This document shows positions 8,587 through 18,814 of a stretch of 64,000 nt of DNA, piece after piece. The translations under genes were made by a program, and so were the position numbers. Source of the DNA: a bacterium (GTDB lineage Bacteria > UBA8248); the NCBI GenBank assembly GCA_965202625.1, contig CBDBBI010000010.1, positions 1,902,468 to 1,966,467 of the forward strand, given 5' to 3'. Every line of letters starts with the position of its first letter. Position 1 is the stretch's first letter. Below the pieces are notes generated by a model that saw nothing but the letters and a program-made list of their open reading frames with translations, made no database searches and was not told the DNA's origin.

Positions 8587-11500
8587 CTACGCCCGCAGCG
8601 ACGCGAGCGTCTCCACCCAGAGTTTCAGGTTGCGCTCGGCGCGCGCCTTGTCCGTCAGCCGCTTGCTGGAGTGGGCCACGTATTCGTTGCGAAAATTGTT
8701 CACCTTCGCGATGCGCTCCAGCAGTTTGTTCGCCTCCGGCAACGAGCGGAACGCCCCGCGCGCGGCGGCGAACACGCCGTCGAGCTTCGGGTCGTCTTTC
8801 AGCGCATAGTCGAGGCAGGAGCGCAGCAGGCCGATCACGGAAAACGGATTGCCGTAGAGCAGCCCGCGCTTCAATTTTTTCGCCATTTCCCGATAATGCG
8901 CGCGCGCTCTTTCGTCTATGTTCCCCCAATGCGGATCGAACCATGCTTCCTGTTCATGCCGGTTTGTGGGAACCTTGTCGCACAAGCGAATCAGAATCAT
9001 GGCCTTGCAGGCGTCATCCAGCGGCCCCAGCAGGGCGGTGAATACGGGGGAGAGATTGGGCGCGTCTTTTTTTCGCTCGAAAAACCGGTAAAGCTCCAGT
9101 GCATCCGTCGCCGCCCTCCTCTCCCGCTCTCCCAGCCTTCCGAACGTCTCCGCCGAGAAGAAACTCTCCGCGTCCGTCTCCTCCCGGGCGAAGAAGGGCA
9201 ATTCCGGCGCATCCGTCGCCTCGCTCAGCAGATTTTGCAGCGCGGGTGCGCAGGAACGCACGAGAGCGTCGAAACGGTTGCTCGTCAACCTCTCCATCAC
9301 ATTCTGGGGAGTGAAGACGTATTCCCACTTGACGCCGCTCGAGGCGGCGGCGCGGCACCACTCCATCGCCGCGCGCGCCTTGCGCGACACGTCCGCGTCC
9401 TGCCTTCCCTTGGTTTCCACCAGATAATGCGCGCCGTCCTCCATTCGCACGAAAAAATCCGGCGTATAGAATGCGAGCCGTTGCGCGCGCGTGAGATAGT
9501 CAATCCGCAACGCCTGGGGGCCGGCGTTCTTGGCGAACGCCGCCACGTCCGGAGCGGCGTCAAGAAAGGCCGTCATCGCCACTTCAAGCGACTGGTTGCA
9601 GGGCGTGAGATTGAAAAGCGTCTTGTCAGCGCGCACAACGGGCCGCCGCTCGGAGCTCGTCGCCTGATAGGGCTTCCAGTCGCGCAGGGACGTCCCGCCC
9701 CCACCGGCGCGGCGTTTTTTCGTCCGGGTCGTTCGCGCGCGAATGAGCGGAACGAAGACGGCGCGAATGTGCTCGCGCACGTCCTGATCGGCAAGGCGCG
9801 CGGTGAGACGCGGATTGGTCAGGCTCACCTTCTCGCCGAACAGAATCTCGCCCAGAAAAACTTCCAGCAGCGGGGCGAGGACGGCGTGCGTGCTGCGCAC
9901 CTTGCAGGCGATCTCCAGCTCAAGGACGTAAAACGATATCGCGGTGAAACCGTTCGCGAGCAACTCCAAGCGGACCTCCATCCGCTCGACCACCTCGTCG
10001 GTGAACAGATGGCGTCCCTCGTATTTGACCTCGCGCGCTTCCCCGCGTCCAAGCGGCAGGGAGCGCAAGGGTGCGGCCGCGTTCCGCACGTCCTGGACGG
10101 AGAGGTTCTCCAGCGTAGGCTGTATTTTGTGGGCCGCCGTCAGCGCGGGCAAAACGACGTCGAGCGCATCCCCATCCTTGTGCTCATCCGGAAAAATCGA
10201 GACCGTGGTGGCCGGAACCTTATCCGCGTCCGTCTCTCCTATCGGCAGGCCCTCCTGCTCGAGTTGTTCCTTATACAGACTCGTGAAGGCCGGATGCTCC
10301 ACCACGACGACCAACTCGTCCGCCCCTCCGGTTCCGGGCGGCGTCATGCGGCGCAGCCCGCGCCCGAGCGTCTGCTCGGGCAAGATGTTCGCCTGCGCAC
10401 TGTATGGCCGCAGCGGCACGATGGTGGTGACGTTGCGCACGTCCCAGCCCTCGCGCAGCATGAGCACGGAAACGATGCAGGCGTAGCGGCTTTCATCGCT
10501 GTCCAGCTCCCGGCTGATGCGCCGAAGCGCCTTGAGGTCCTCATCGCTTATCTGTCTTTCGCTCTCCTCGAAAACGCGTATCTTTTGCCCGCCAACCTCC
10601 TTGTTCCTGATTCTTCCCTTGAGATTCGTGTGCAGGTTGATCGTCTTACCGTTCAGCTCTTTGAAGATCGCGTCGCCGTTCAGCCGACGGGTTATATCGT
10701 CCGCCGCCTTGGTGTCCTCGCACATGACGAACAGCAGGGGTCTCTTGCCGCTCTTCGCCCACTCGTTCCGGCTGTGCCGCCACCGTTCGTAACCGAGGCG
10801 CAGATGCGCCTCGTAGCGATAGGCGGCGTCCTCATGCGGCTGCTCAACCAGATCGGGCGTGCGGCCGATGATGGGCGTTTTGACAATGCCGGCGTCCACC
10901 GCCTCGCCGAGCGGCGTATCGCAGACGACGTGCGGAAAAAAATAGCCCTTGTTGTCTTTGGGCGTCGCCGAAAAATCCATCTGGGCGACCAGGCCGCCCG
11001 CGCGACTGGCCAGTGCTCTGTGAAGCGCGCGTATCGCCCCGCTCCACGCCGAGCCCGGATCCCAGACGTGATGCGCCTCGTCGTTCAGCAGCATCACCCG
11101 CCGATGGGAAGTAATGCGCTCGCGCAGCTTCGCACCGGTATCGAGTGCGCTCGCTCTCGACACGGACGGCCCGGCCCAAGGGTGGGTTTCGGCGTCCCTC
11201 CGGCCGCTCCGGCGCTCCTCGAAGAGGCGGTGCACGTTGGTGAGGTAGAGTGCGCCTCCGGTCGTCGCCCCGCCCGCCTCATCCTGCAGGATGACCGAGA
11301 AATTCCAGTCCCCGCGCCATTCGGGCGGAATGAGCGGATCCTTCAGGAAGATGTCCGGGCCGCCGCCCTCAGGCCGAAAATCCTCCTTCAGACGCTCGAA
11401 CACAGTCAGGTTCGGGGCGATGACGAGGAAATGCCGTGCCATGTCCGATCCGCTTTCTCTCAGAGCGTGAAAATAGCTCCAGACGATGGCGAGGCTCATG

Positions 11501-11985
11501 CACTTTGTCTTGCCCGCTCCGGTCGCCAGCTTGAAGGCGTAGCGCGGCCATTCGTCCTCCTCGGAGCTGACGCCGTAAGCGTCGTTTTCCGCGCCCGCCC
11601 CTCCGAACTCGCAGATGAGGGAGGAGAGCGAGCGGAGGCGGCGCACCTCCATCAGATAGACGAAGGTCTCTATCGCCTCACGCTGACAGAAATAGTAGCG
11701 AAACGCGGCTTCCGCCCCATCCGTCTCCATGATGCGATGCGGACGCCCGAACCAGTGGTTGAGCAGGGCGCGCGTGGTGCCGCTGGCGCCGACATAGCCC
11801 GACTCCCGCCATTCCTTGACGAGTGCGCGCAGTGGATCGACGAGCCTGTTCGGTGAGGGGCGCCGGTAGGTCTTGATCTCCGCCGGATGCCCCTCCGCCG
11901 CGCGGACCCGGTGCTTGTCCGGCTCCTCCCAGGGGGCGAAAAGGGGCGCCGCAGCGGCAGGGTTGACGACCGGCGTTGGGTTCAT
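8587..11985 (-). CDS. res: Type III restriction enzyme Res subunit (SF2 helicase + PD-(D/E)xK nuclease) with ~250-aa C-terminal extension
   Basis: 1132 aa. DEAD/DEAH helicase motifs ('FKLATGAGKT', 'LLNDEAHH'). C-terminal endonuclease region 'FYTPDFFVRMEDGAHYLVETKG'. Four-nt ATGA overlap with the upstream mod. An extra C-terminal tail ends in 'FRNEYVAHS'. Confidence 0.9.
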   Translation of the reverse strand: MNPTPVVNPAAAAPLFAPWEEPDKHRVRAAEGHPAEIKTYRRPSPNRLVDPLRALVKEWRESGYVGASGTTRALLNHWFGRPHRIMETDGAEAAFRYYFCQREAIETFVYLMEVRRLRSLSSLICEFGGAGAENDAYGVSSEEDEWPRYAFKLATGAGKTKCMSLAIVWSYFHALRESGSDMARHFLVIAPNLTVFERLKEDFRPEGGGPDIFLKDPLIPPEWRGDWNFSVILQDEAGGATTGGALYLTNVHRLFEERRSGRRDAETHPWAGPSVSRASALDTGAKLRERITSHRRVMLLNDEAHHVWDPGSAWSGAIRALHRALASRAGGLVAQMDFSATPKDNKGYFFPHVVCDTPLGEAVDAGIVKTPIIGRTPDLVEQPHEDAAYRYEAHLRLGYERWRHSRNEWAKSGKRPLLFVMCEDTKAADDITRRLNGDAIFKELNGKTINLHTNLKGRIRNKEVGGQKIRVFEESERQISDEDLKALRRISRELDSDESRYACIVSVLMLREGWDVRNVTTIVPLRPYSAQANILPEQTLGRGLRRMTPPGTGGADELVVVVEHPAFTSLYKEQLEQEGLPIGETDADKVPATTVSIFPDEHKDGDALDVVLPALTAAHKIQPTLENLSVQDVRNAAAPLRSLPLGRGEAREVKYEGRHLFTDEVVERMEVRLELLANGFTAISFYVLELEIACKVRSTHAVLAPLLEVFLGEILFGEKVSLTNPRLTARLADQDVREHIRAVFVPLIRARTTRTKKRRAGGGGTSLRDWKPYQATSSERRPVVRADKTLFNLTPCNQSLEVAMTAFLDAAPDVAAFAKNAGPQALRIDYLTRAQRLAFYTPDFFVRMEDGAHYLVETKGRQDADVSRKARAAMEWCRAAASSGVKWEYVFTPQNVMERLTSNRFDALVRSCAPALQNLLSEATDAPELPFFAREETDAESFFSAETFGRLGERERRAATDALELYRFFERKKDAPNLSPVFTALLGPLDDACKAMILIRLCDKVPTNRHEQEAWFDPHWGNIDERARAHYREMAKKLKRGLLYGNPFSVIGLLRSCLDYALKDDPKLDGVFAAARGAFRSLPEANKLLERIAKVNNFRNEYVAHSSKRLTDKARAERNLKLWVETLASLRA

Positions 11986-13994
11986 ACCTGCACCTCGAGA
12001 GTGATGCTGGTATCGCAGCCGAACACGTCCACCACTTTAATGCAGGCGGTGTGCCTGCCTGCGCTCTCGTAGGAGAAGTGCGCGTCGCTCACCGTCTTGA
12101 GGCTTCTGTCCTTTCGCGTGCGGTAGTCCTGCCAGTGGTGGTGGAAGGGCTGGCCCGGCGCCCAATCAAAATCAACCGCCCAGAAGTCGATGAAGTCAAA
12201 CCCGTTTTCAACCGCCCGCTCCTCGAGCGCCTCCAGTTCTTTGGCGGGAACCTCCGTCAGAGAGGGAATGAAGCGGGTGAGCTTCACGTCGGTCGTCTCG
12301 TCTTTCCGGATAACCTGCTCGGCGGTGAGTGCCGCCATCTCGTAAAACGGCGGAATTTCCACCCGGTTCTTTTCCATGATCTCTCTGGGAATGCGGCGCA
12401 GGCGCATTTTGAGGTCGAGCTCCGCCTCTATGGCGGCGACGGATTGATGGACGTCCATCTCGAAATCCCATGCCAGGCAGTTCACCTCGCGCCCGCCCGC
12501 CGCCTTGGCGGCTTTGGCGACTTCCGCCGCCTCCTCCCTCGTGAAAATGCCGTCGATGCCGTCCACGTGAACGAAGGCGCCGCCTTTTCGCCCATGTATG
12601 AGCGGAGAGGGCGCGTCGTTCAGAATTTCCGCGCGGAAGAACTTGAGGACGAGGGCGCGGTGCTCCCCATCCGCCCCGTTCAGGGTCTCGCGCTGCCACC
12701 ACTGCCGCTCGTAGCGGCCGAGGTTATACACGTCGAAGGAGCGATAGGGCCTGTCCTCCCTATACACCTCCCGCTGAATCCCTATCATGCGCTTGCGCGT
12801 CGTGTGAACGGCGAAGCGCCCGAAATCCGCGCATATCCACCGGCGGCCCAGCTTCTCCGCAACCGCCGCCGTCGTGCCCGAACCGCAAAAGAAATCCGCC
12901 ACCAGATCCCCCTCGTTCGACGACGCTTTCATCATGCGTTCAAGGAGGGCTTCCGGCTTTTGGGTCGGGTAGTCAAGGTATTCATTGCCCTGAGTCGCCC
13001 TCACGTCAACCCAGACATCACGGCATCTCACACCCTTTCCCATGTATAGCTTACGTCCTGGAACCTTGCCCTTTGCAATGATTAATTCACCGTTTTCAAT
13101 CCAGCGGAGAGCCGTCTCCAAAGGCATTCGGTAGCCCCCCGATGGCGCTTTTTCACCATATCCTAAATCATAGACGTAGCCTCCACCCCCAGGGTTATCT
13201 ATTGGCCGCACTTCGGATATCGTCCCTTTTCATCAGAATAACGATACAGTTTTTGACTTGCGTCACTGTATTCTTGAAATACATCGTTCCACCGTAGTCC
13301 GCCTTTGCGGTAGAAGAAAATTGTTTCGTGGGATTTTAAACTTCTTGTTCTTAGATGCGTATCCACCAACTGCGCCGTATGCCAGATAACCTCGTTCTGA
13401 AACAAAATTTTCCTTGCCAAAAACTTCATCCAAAACGTTTCGCAAATAACCACTCACCCGCCAGTCGCAATGCACATAGATGCTTCCGTCCTCGGCGAGC
13501 AGTTCCCGCATGAGAGCCAGACGCTCGGACATCATGGCGAGGTAGGAGTCCGTCCCCTTTCCCCACGTGTCCCGATATGCGACGAACTCCAGCAGGGATT
13601 GCTCCTTGGCGACCGCCTCCCTCCCCTCTCCTATCCCCGCCTGAAAGGTGAAGTCCGCGCCCACGTCGAAGGGCGGGTCGATGTAGATGAGGCGTATCTT
13701 CCCCCGGAACTCCTCCAGCAGGGAGGCCATCACCAGCCTGTTGTCCCCCCAGATGAGGCGGTTTCTGAAACCATCCCGGTGGGCGCGCCCCGCATCGAAC
13801 AACTCGCCCTGGGCCGCCGCGCGCGAGCGGGGCTCGTCTATCGTCTCTATCTTCTGAAACGGCATGGCGCGGCCGGCGACGTCCGCCTCCCGACGGTTGC
13901 CGAACTCGTCGTATTTCCCCTCCCAGACGAGCTCCGTCTTCATCCGGAAGAGCGGATGCGGATTGTGCGGGCCAAAAGCGGGCTTGTCGCTCAT
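11982..13994 (-). pseudogene. mod: Type III Mod N6-adenine DNA methyltransferase, disrupted by two frameshifts
   Basis: The protein is spread over three reading frames. 13994..13263 carries motif IV 'DPPF' and 'VLDEVFGKENFVSE'. 13453..13199 carries 'NEVIWH...ETIFFYRKGG...YRYSDEKGRY'. 13211..11982 carries motif I 'DFFCGSGTT'. The frame junctions lie near 13388 and 13224-13230, both at short homopolymers. Confidence 0.8.
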
Positions 13995-14745
13995 GGAAAA
14001 CGAATCTCGCTTGCGGAATCATTCAGGGGATACACCAGCAGAGGATAGCACGACGCGCATTTCGGCGGAAACGGTGTAACCGGACAAAAATCATTGCGCA
14101 TGGCCTGGAAAAATAGCGGATTTTCCGGAGCGTAAAACGCCCGGAAAAAGAACGTTGAAAAAACCTCTCAAAGCAGGTCGTCGGGGGCGACGGCGTCCTC
14201 GTCATTCCGGCGAAAGCCGGAGGGGCGGCAATCTTTCGGGCAGGCATCCCTCCCCTTCGCGTTCCTTCCCTTCGCGCGCGACCCCAAACAAGGCGGCCAG
14301 ATACGCGGCGCATCGCGCCGATATTCGCTGGCTTCCGACGAGTGCCACACCTTCCACAACGACTCGGAGGAGACGATGGAGTTCGTCTGCATGATTCCCG
14401 TGAGCGCGACCAGGGCGCATGACCATGAAAGGGTGCGGCCTTCCGCCCCTCCGCCAGTATAACCCTATATGTTGGACTGAAGCCCAAGGGCACATACAAT
14501 AAGTAGAATATACCCCTTCCCAGGGGAGCGCCTTGATGAAAGAATCGTTTTTTATTTCTATAAATGATTAAATATCAAATATTTATGACAATTATCACAT
14601 AAATTGTTTCAGATTATCCTTTCGCCCGCAAAATTTTTCACGCAAAAAATCAATAAATACAACAAGATACAGGCATAAGCAAAAAACAACTTGAAATATA
14701 TCCCGACCCTTTGCTAAGTTTGGCGGCATCCCAGTCCTTTCCCTC

Positions 14746-16212
14746 TTGGGTGGCAAAATGACGAACCTGGCAAGAGACCTCTCTTCCCTCATCACGTTGG
14801 TGAGCAACGTCATGGAGGCTTACTCCGCCTGCCTGTTTCTCCAGAACAAAAAGCACAAGAACTACCAGCTCACCGCCTACCACAGCCTGAGCCCGCACAT
14901 CATCGCCGACGCCTCGGTGGAGGTCGGCCAGGGCTTCATGGGCTGGGTTCTCGAGAACAACGAGCCGTTAAGCGTGAACCAGTTCGACAGGGACACCATC
15001 GTCCTAGGCTATTACAACAGAAACGAGGACATCAAATCCTTCATGGCGACTCCCTTGCCCTCGTCGGCCAACAGCGGGGCGCTCGCCATCGACAGCAAGA
15101 AAAGCTGGTGCTTCACGTCCAAAGACCAGAAAATACTCGAGGGGTTCGCCCAGCAATTCGCCTATCTTGCAGACAACGCCCTGGCAGCCGTTCAAATCGA
15201 GCACCGCTCCATGAACGTCTCCGCTTTCGGCAAATACCTGGCCTCGATTCGCGAAAGCGAAAGCGAAGACCAGTTGCTGAACGCAATATGCCAGACGCCG
15301 CACGAGTTGCTTCCCTTCGACGCCTGCTTCCTCGTTCTCATCGACGAGCAAGCAGGCTCTCCTCGCCTGTCGAAAATATCAGGATTCGGGGAGCTTTTTC
15401 CGGGCGAAATCGCCATCAGCGAGCGGGCGAGCGTGGCGGGATACGTGCTCCGTAAAAAAGAGGCTCTCAGACTCCCCGACCTCAAGAGTCAAAAAGGAAC
15501 CAAACCCCTGTTCCATCATGACGAGCCGCGCCTGGCAGCGCGCTCCGCCCTATGCCTCCCCTTGATTTCAGGAGGCGAGATTCTGGGCTGTCTGGGTTTC
15601 ACGAGCAAGCGGCGCGCGCGATTCGACGCCTATTCCCTCAGGCGTGGGAAAATCATCGCGACTCTGGCGGCGGACGCCATCGCGCATCGCCAAAACGAGG
15701 CGCGCTGGCGGGCACGCCTGGAAATAGACCCCCTCACCGGCGAGCGAAACGCGCAACATCTCCTGTCCTGCCTTCATGAAACTATTCAGGACGTGGAAGC
15801 CAGGGGGCGTCAACTCGCGCTGCTCAGCATCGCTCCCGACGATGCGCCGCTATGGAAGGACATGCCCGAGCAAGAGCTCATCCTTCCTCTTTTTCATGCT
15901 CTCAAACAATTCGTCAACGGAACCGACGTTCTCGTTCGCCATGAGGGGCCGTGCTTTCTCTTGTTGTTGAAGGATTCGTCTCAAGAATACGCTGAAACCA
16001 TCGCGGAGCGCATTATTCATATCGTTCGCAACACCCCTTTCCATATTGGCGGAGAAGAAGCCGAAATCACCATTTCGATAGGCGCCGCATGTTTCCCCGA
16101 AAACGCGCAAAAACCGAAAGATCTCATCAAATCATCTCTTGAGGCATTGGCTTTCGCTCAACGAGGGGGTGCGGCAAATCAACTTTGCTTTATGGAGGGA
16201 AATGGACGATGA
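14746..16212 (+). CDS. GAF-domain protein with degenerate GGDEF (diguanylate-cyclase-like) C-terminal domain
   Basis: Two GAF-like regions, then a GGDEF-fold tail in which the GG[DE]EF site reads 'RHEGPCF' (degenerate). An AT-rich promoter region lies at 14500-14745. Confidence 0.6.
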   Translation: MGGKMTNLARDLSSLITLVSNVMEAYSACLFLQNKKHKNYQLTAYHSLSPHIIADASVEVGQGFMGWVLENNEPLSVNQFDRDTIVLGYYNRNEDIKSFMATPLPSSANSGALAIDSKKSWCFTSKDQKILEGFAQQFAYLADNALAAVQIEHRSMNVSAFGKYLASIRESESEDQLLNAICQTPHELLPFDACFLVLIDEQAGSPRLSKISGFGELFPGEIAISERASVAGYVLRKKEALRLPDLKSQKGTKPLFHHDEPRLAARSALCLPLISGGEILGCLGFTSKRRARFDAYSLRRGKIIATLAADAIAHRQNEARWRARLEIDPLTGERNAQHLLSCLHETIQDVEARGRQLALLSIAPDDAPLWKDMPEQELILPLFHALKQFVNGTDVLVRHEGPCFLLLLKDSSQEYAETIAERIIHIVRNTPFHIGGEEAEITISIGAACFPENAQKPKDLIKSSLEALAFAQRGGAANQLCFMEGNGR

Positions 16213-17246
16213 AACTGGATTTCTTGCGCAGATTCAGATCCTTGATGGGACCCAACATCGCGATGGACCTGGGAACCGCAAACACGCTGGTTTACACAAA
16301 AAGCGCTGGAATCGTCCTTGACGAGCCATCCGTGGTCGCCCTGAACGCCAGAAACGGGGGAGGCATTCTCGCAGTAGGGAAAAAAGCCAAGCAAATGTAT
16401 GGCCGAACTCCGGATTCGATTCGGACGATTCGACCGATGAAAGACGGGGTAATCGCCGATTTCGACGTGACCAAAGCCATGATACGCTATTTTGTGAAAA
16501 CGATCGTTCCCAAAAGATCCTTCAGCCGACCCACGATGATGGTCTGCGTCCCCTCGGGAATTACCAGCGTTGAAATGAAAGCCGTGATTGACTCCGCCAC
16601 CCAATGCGGCGCCACGAAGGTGCACCTGATAGAGGAACCCATGGCGGCGGCCATTGGCAGCAAGCTGCCCATTCATGAAGTGTCCGCCTCCATGATCGTG
16701 GACATTGGGGGAGGAACGACCGAGGTGGCCGTCATATCCCAATACACCGTCGTGTATTCCGAATCTCTTCGCATGGCGGGAGATGCGATGGACGAATGCA
16801 TTCAGCGGCATATCAAAAGACGCTGCGGCTTATCCCTCGGTACCTTCGACGCCGAGCGCGTGAAAATGGAAATTGGGACAGCAGTCCCGCTCTCCGAGCC
16901 GCTTGAAATGGAGGTTTCGGGCGCAGACGTCTCCACCGGCATTCCCCGCTCCATAAAAATCACGGATGAAGTGGTGCGAGACTCTCTTGACATCCCTGTG
17001 AAAGCCATTGTGGAGTCCATCAGAAGGGCGCTTACCAAAACAAGTCCCGAACTTGCCTCAGACATTCAGCGGCGCGGAATCGTGCTGGCGGGAGGCGGTT
17101 CGCTCCTGAAAGGGCTCGGCTCCAGGCTCCATGACGAGATGAGGCTCCCCATTTACAGAGTGAAAGACCCTCTTACCGCCGTCGTTCGAGGAACCGGCTA
17201 TGTGCTGGACCACCTGAAAGATTACAAGCAGGTGTGCCTCAACTGA
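16209..17246 (+). CDS. mreB: rod shape-determining protein MreB (actin homologue)
   Basis: 'IAMDLGTANTLVY', 'DIGGGTTEVAVIS', 'GIVLAGGGSLLKGL' are MreB phosphate-1, phosphate-2 and adenosine motifs. Start taken at 'MKLDFLRRF'. Confidence 0.9.
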   Translation: MKLDFLRRFRSLMGPNIAMDLGTANTLVYTKSAGIVLDEPSVVALNARNGGGILAVGKKAKQMYGRTPDSIRTIRPMKDGVIADFDVTKAMIRYFVKTIVPKRSFSRPTMMVCVPSGITSVEMKAVIDSATQCGATKVHLIEEPMAAAIGSKLPIHEVSASMIVDIGGGTTEVAVISQYTVVYSESLRMAGDAMDECIQRHIKRRCGLSLGTFDAERVKMEIGTAVPLSEPLEMEVSGADVSTGIPRSIKITDEVVRDSLDIPVKAIVESIRRALTKTSPELASDIQRRGIVLAGGGSLLKGLGSRLHDEMRLPIYRVKDPLTAVVRGTGYVLDHLKDYKQVCLN

Positions 17247-17425
17247 TTTCCTCCAGCTCGATCCCCCTGGCCGGGGGCCGGCCCCCATGCGCATTACCGG
17301 ACCCCCGGCCCCTTCCCTCGCAACGATGGCCGCAGAGAGATTTCACACGCGGCAACAATCCGCTACAATGACGAGAATCTGAACTCCGCAACCTCCATAT
17401 CTTTTACTCAAGCAGGAAAACTAAG

Positions 17426-17698
17426 ATGGCTTTCGCGCAACGGGGAGATTCGTGTTCATTCGAAGCATCTATAGAAGACATGAAGCTGATATACCGGATT
17501 TTACACCGGCATATGGGAGAGCATCTTGCGCTGATGGATAGTGCGTTTATGGACGAGCTGCAAGTTGCGCTCCAACAAAAAGCCCAAAAAGAAGGCGTGG
17601 ACGTCGGCCATCACGGCGCATGGGACCTCTGGCTAGGCAATGACGCCGCAACGCCGTGTGAGGAGCGCGTAAAAAAACGAAAAATTTTGGATGATTAG
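17426..17698 (+). CDS. hypothetical small protein
   Basis: 90-aa ORF in an otherwise empty gap. No recognisable motif. Confidence 0.25.
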   Translation: MAFAQRGDSCSFEASIEDMKLIYRILHRHMGEHLALMDSAFMDELQVALQQKAQKEGVDVGHHGAWDLWLGNDAATPCEERVKKRKILDD

Positions 17699-17887
17699 GC
17701 ACCTCCGCTGAGATCGCGATTCCAACGCCTCGCGCAAAGCCCCCATCACGACGTCGGCGGGGATATCGGCTCCCGTCCATGTTTTCCAAGCGGCCGCGCC
17801 TTGGCATACCAACCAGCCCGTCGCGCCGCTTTACGCTCAAGAAACAGCATCGAAAACAGCCATTGCCCGCATATTTTGAAGTGAAAT

Positions 17888-18805
17888 TCAAGCAGATTGA
17901 GGCGCTTCGGTCTGGATGGCGCGTAGAAGGTGAGCATCCAAATACCACTTCATCGCTTTTATATTTGAATCATCACCCAAAACCGTGACGGCGCCATGCT
18001 TTATCCATTCGTTTCTCCTCGTGCGCCACGTCCAAATGAGCACGCCCCGATGGCCATTGAACCAAAGGGGGCTGAACGTCAACTTCTCTCCCATCTGACC
18101 AAGCAGCTCTGCGCAAGCGACGGCGACAAAATCATCTCCCTTCCTTTGCTCGTCACGGACCATAAGTTCCACGTCAGGCGACATCGATCCTTGCAATAAT
18201 ATCTTATCGCGAAATTGAAGCGCCTCGACGAACCGCTCAAATACTCGGGCGGTTTTTTCTTGATCCTTGACGGGTGCAAAAAGAGCCTTGCTTCCCCAGC
18301 GCTTTCTAATTTGCGCTCGTTTTTTATCCGCATTGTCAGCAATTCTGAAAACTTCCTGAATTTTTATTCCCAACGCAGACGCCGCTATCCGGTCCCCATC
18401 GTCCGCCCCGTTCCGAAGCACGACAACGGCGCGCTGCTCAGGCGTCATGTATTGCAGAGGGAACAAAAACCCAAGCGCAACGCTTGGCCAAGCGGCATTT
18501 GCGTCTATCGGTTTAGACTCCCCATTCACGCTTGGCCCCGAGGTTTGCATCAAATCGGGAAGGTCGAATTCATTCAATTCCAAAGGCTTTCTCTCTCGCA
18601 AGCGAGAGAGTGCCGCTTCCGTACACGCCACATAAAGCCACTCTGGATGATTTTCGACATTCTCAAGGGCTGGGCCCATTTCAATGGCCCGCAGCATCGT
18701 ATCTTGCGCGACGTCCTCCGCATCCAAAACGCTGTCCGTAAGCCGGTAAGCGTGCTGTCGCATCAACCCCCAATATTCCTGGGTGTATTTTTTCAGATCA
18801 ATCAT
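17888..18805 (-). CDS. ECF-type sigma-70 factor with C-terminal SnoaL/NTF2-like extension (SigJ/ECF41-56-like)
   Basis: Sigma region 2-like N-terminus ('EDVAQDTMLRAIE'), region 4-like HTH ('MTPEQRAVVVLR...IASALGI'), then a ~150-aa extra domain. Local GC is about 50%. Confidence 0.6.
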   Translation of the reverse strand: MIDLKKYTQEYWGLMRQHAYRLTDSVLDAEDVAQDTMLRAIEMGPALENVENHPEWLYVACTEAALSRLRERKPLELNEFDLPDLMQTSGPSVNGESKPIDANAAWPSVALGFLFPLQYMTPEQRAVVVLRNGADDGDRIAASALGIKIQEVFRIADNADKKRAQIRKRWGSKALFAPVKDQEKTARVFERFVEALQFRDKILLQGSMSPDVELMVRDEQRKGDDFVAVACAELLGQMGEKLTFSPLWFNGHRGVLIWTWRTRRNEWIKHGAVTVLGDDSNIKAMKWYLDAHLLRAIQTEAPQSA

Positions 18806-18814
18806 TCCAAAAAC

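Noticed and set aside
8671-11856. 1061-aa ORF on the + strand antisense to res
   Set aside because: It lies entirely inside the well-supported minus-strand Res gene. Its translation is low-complexity (R/A/G/P-rich) with no motifs, and long antisense ORFs are expected at 65% GC.
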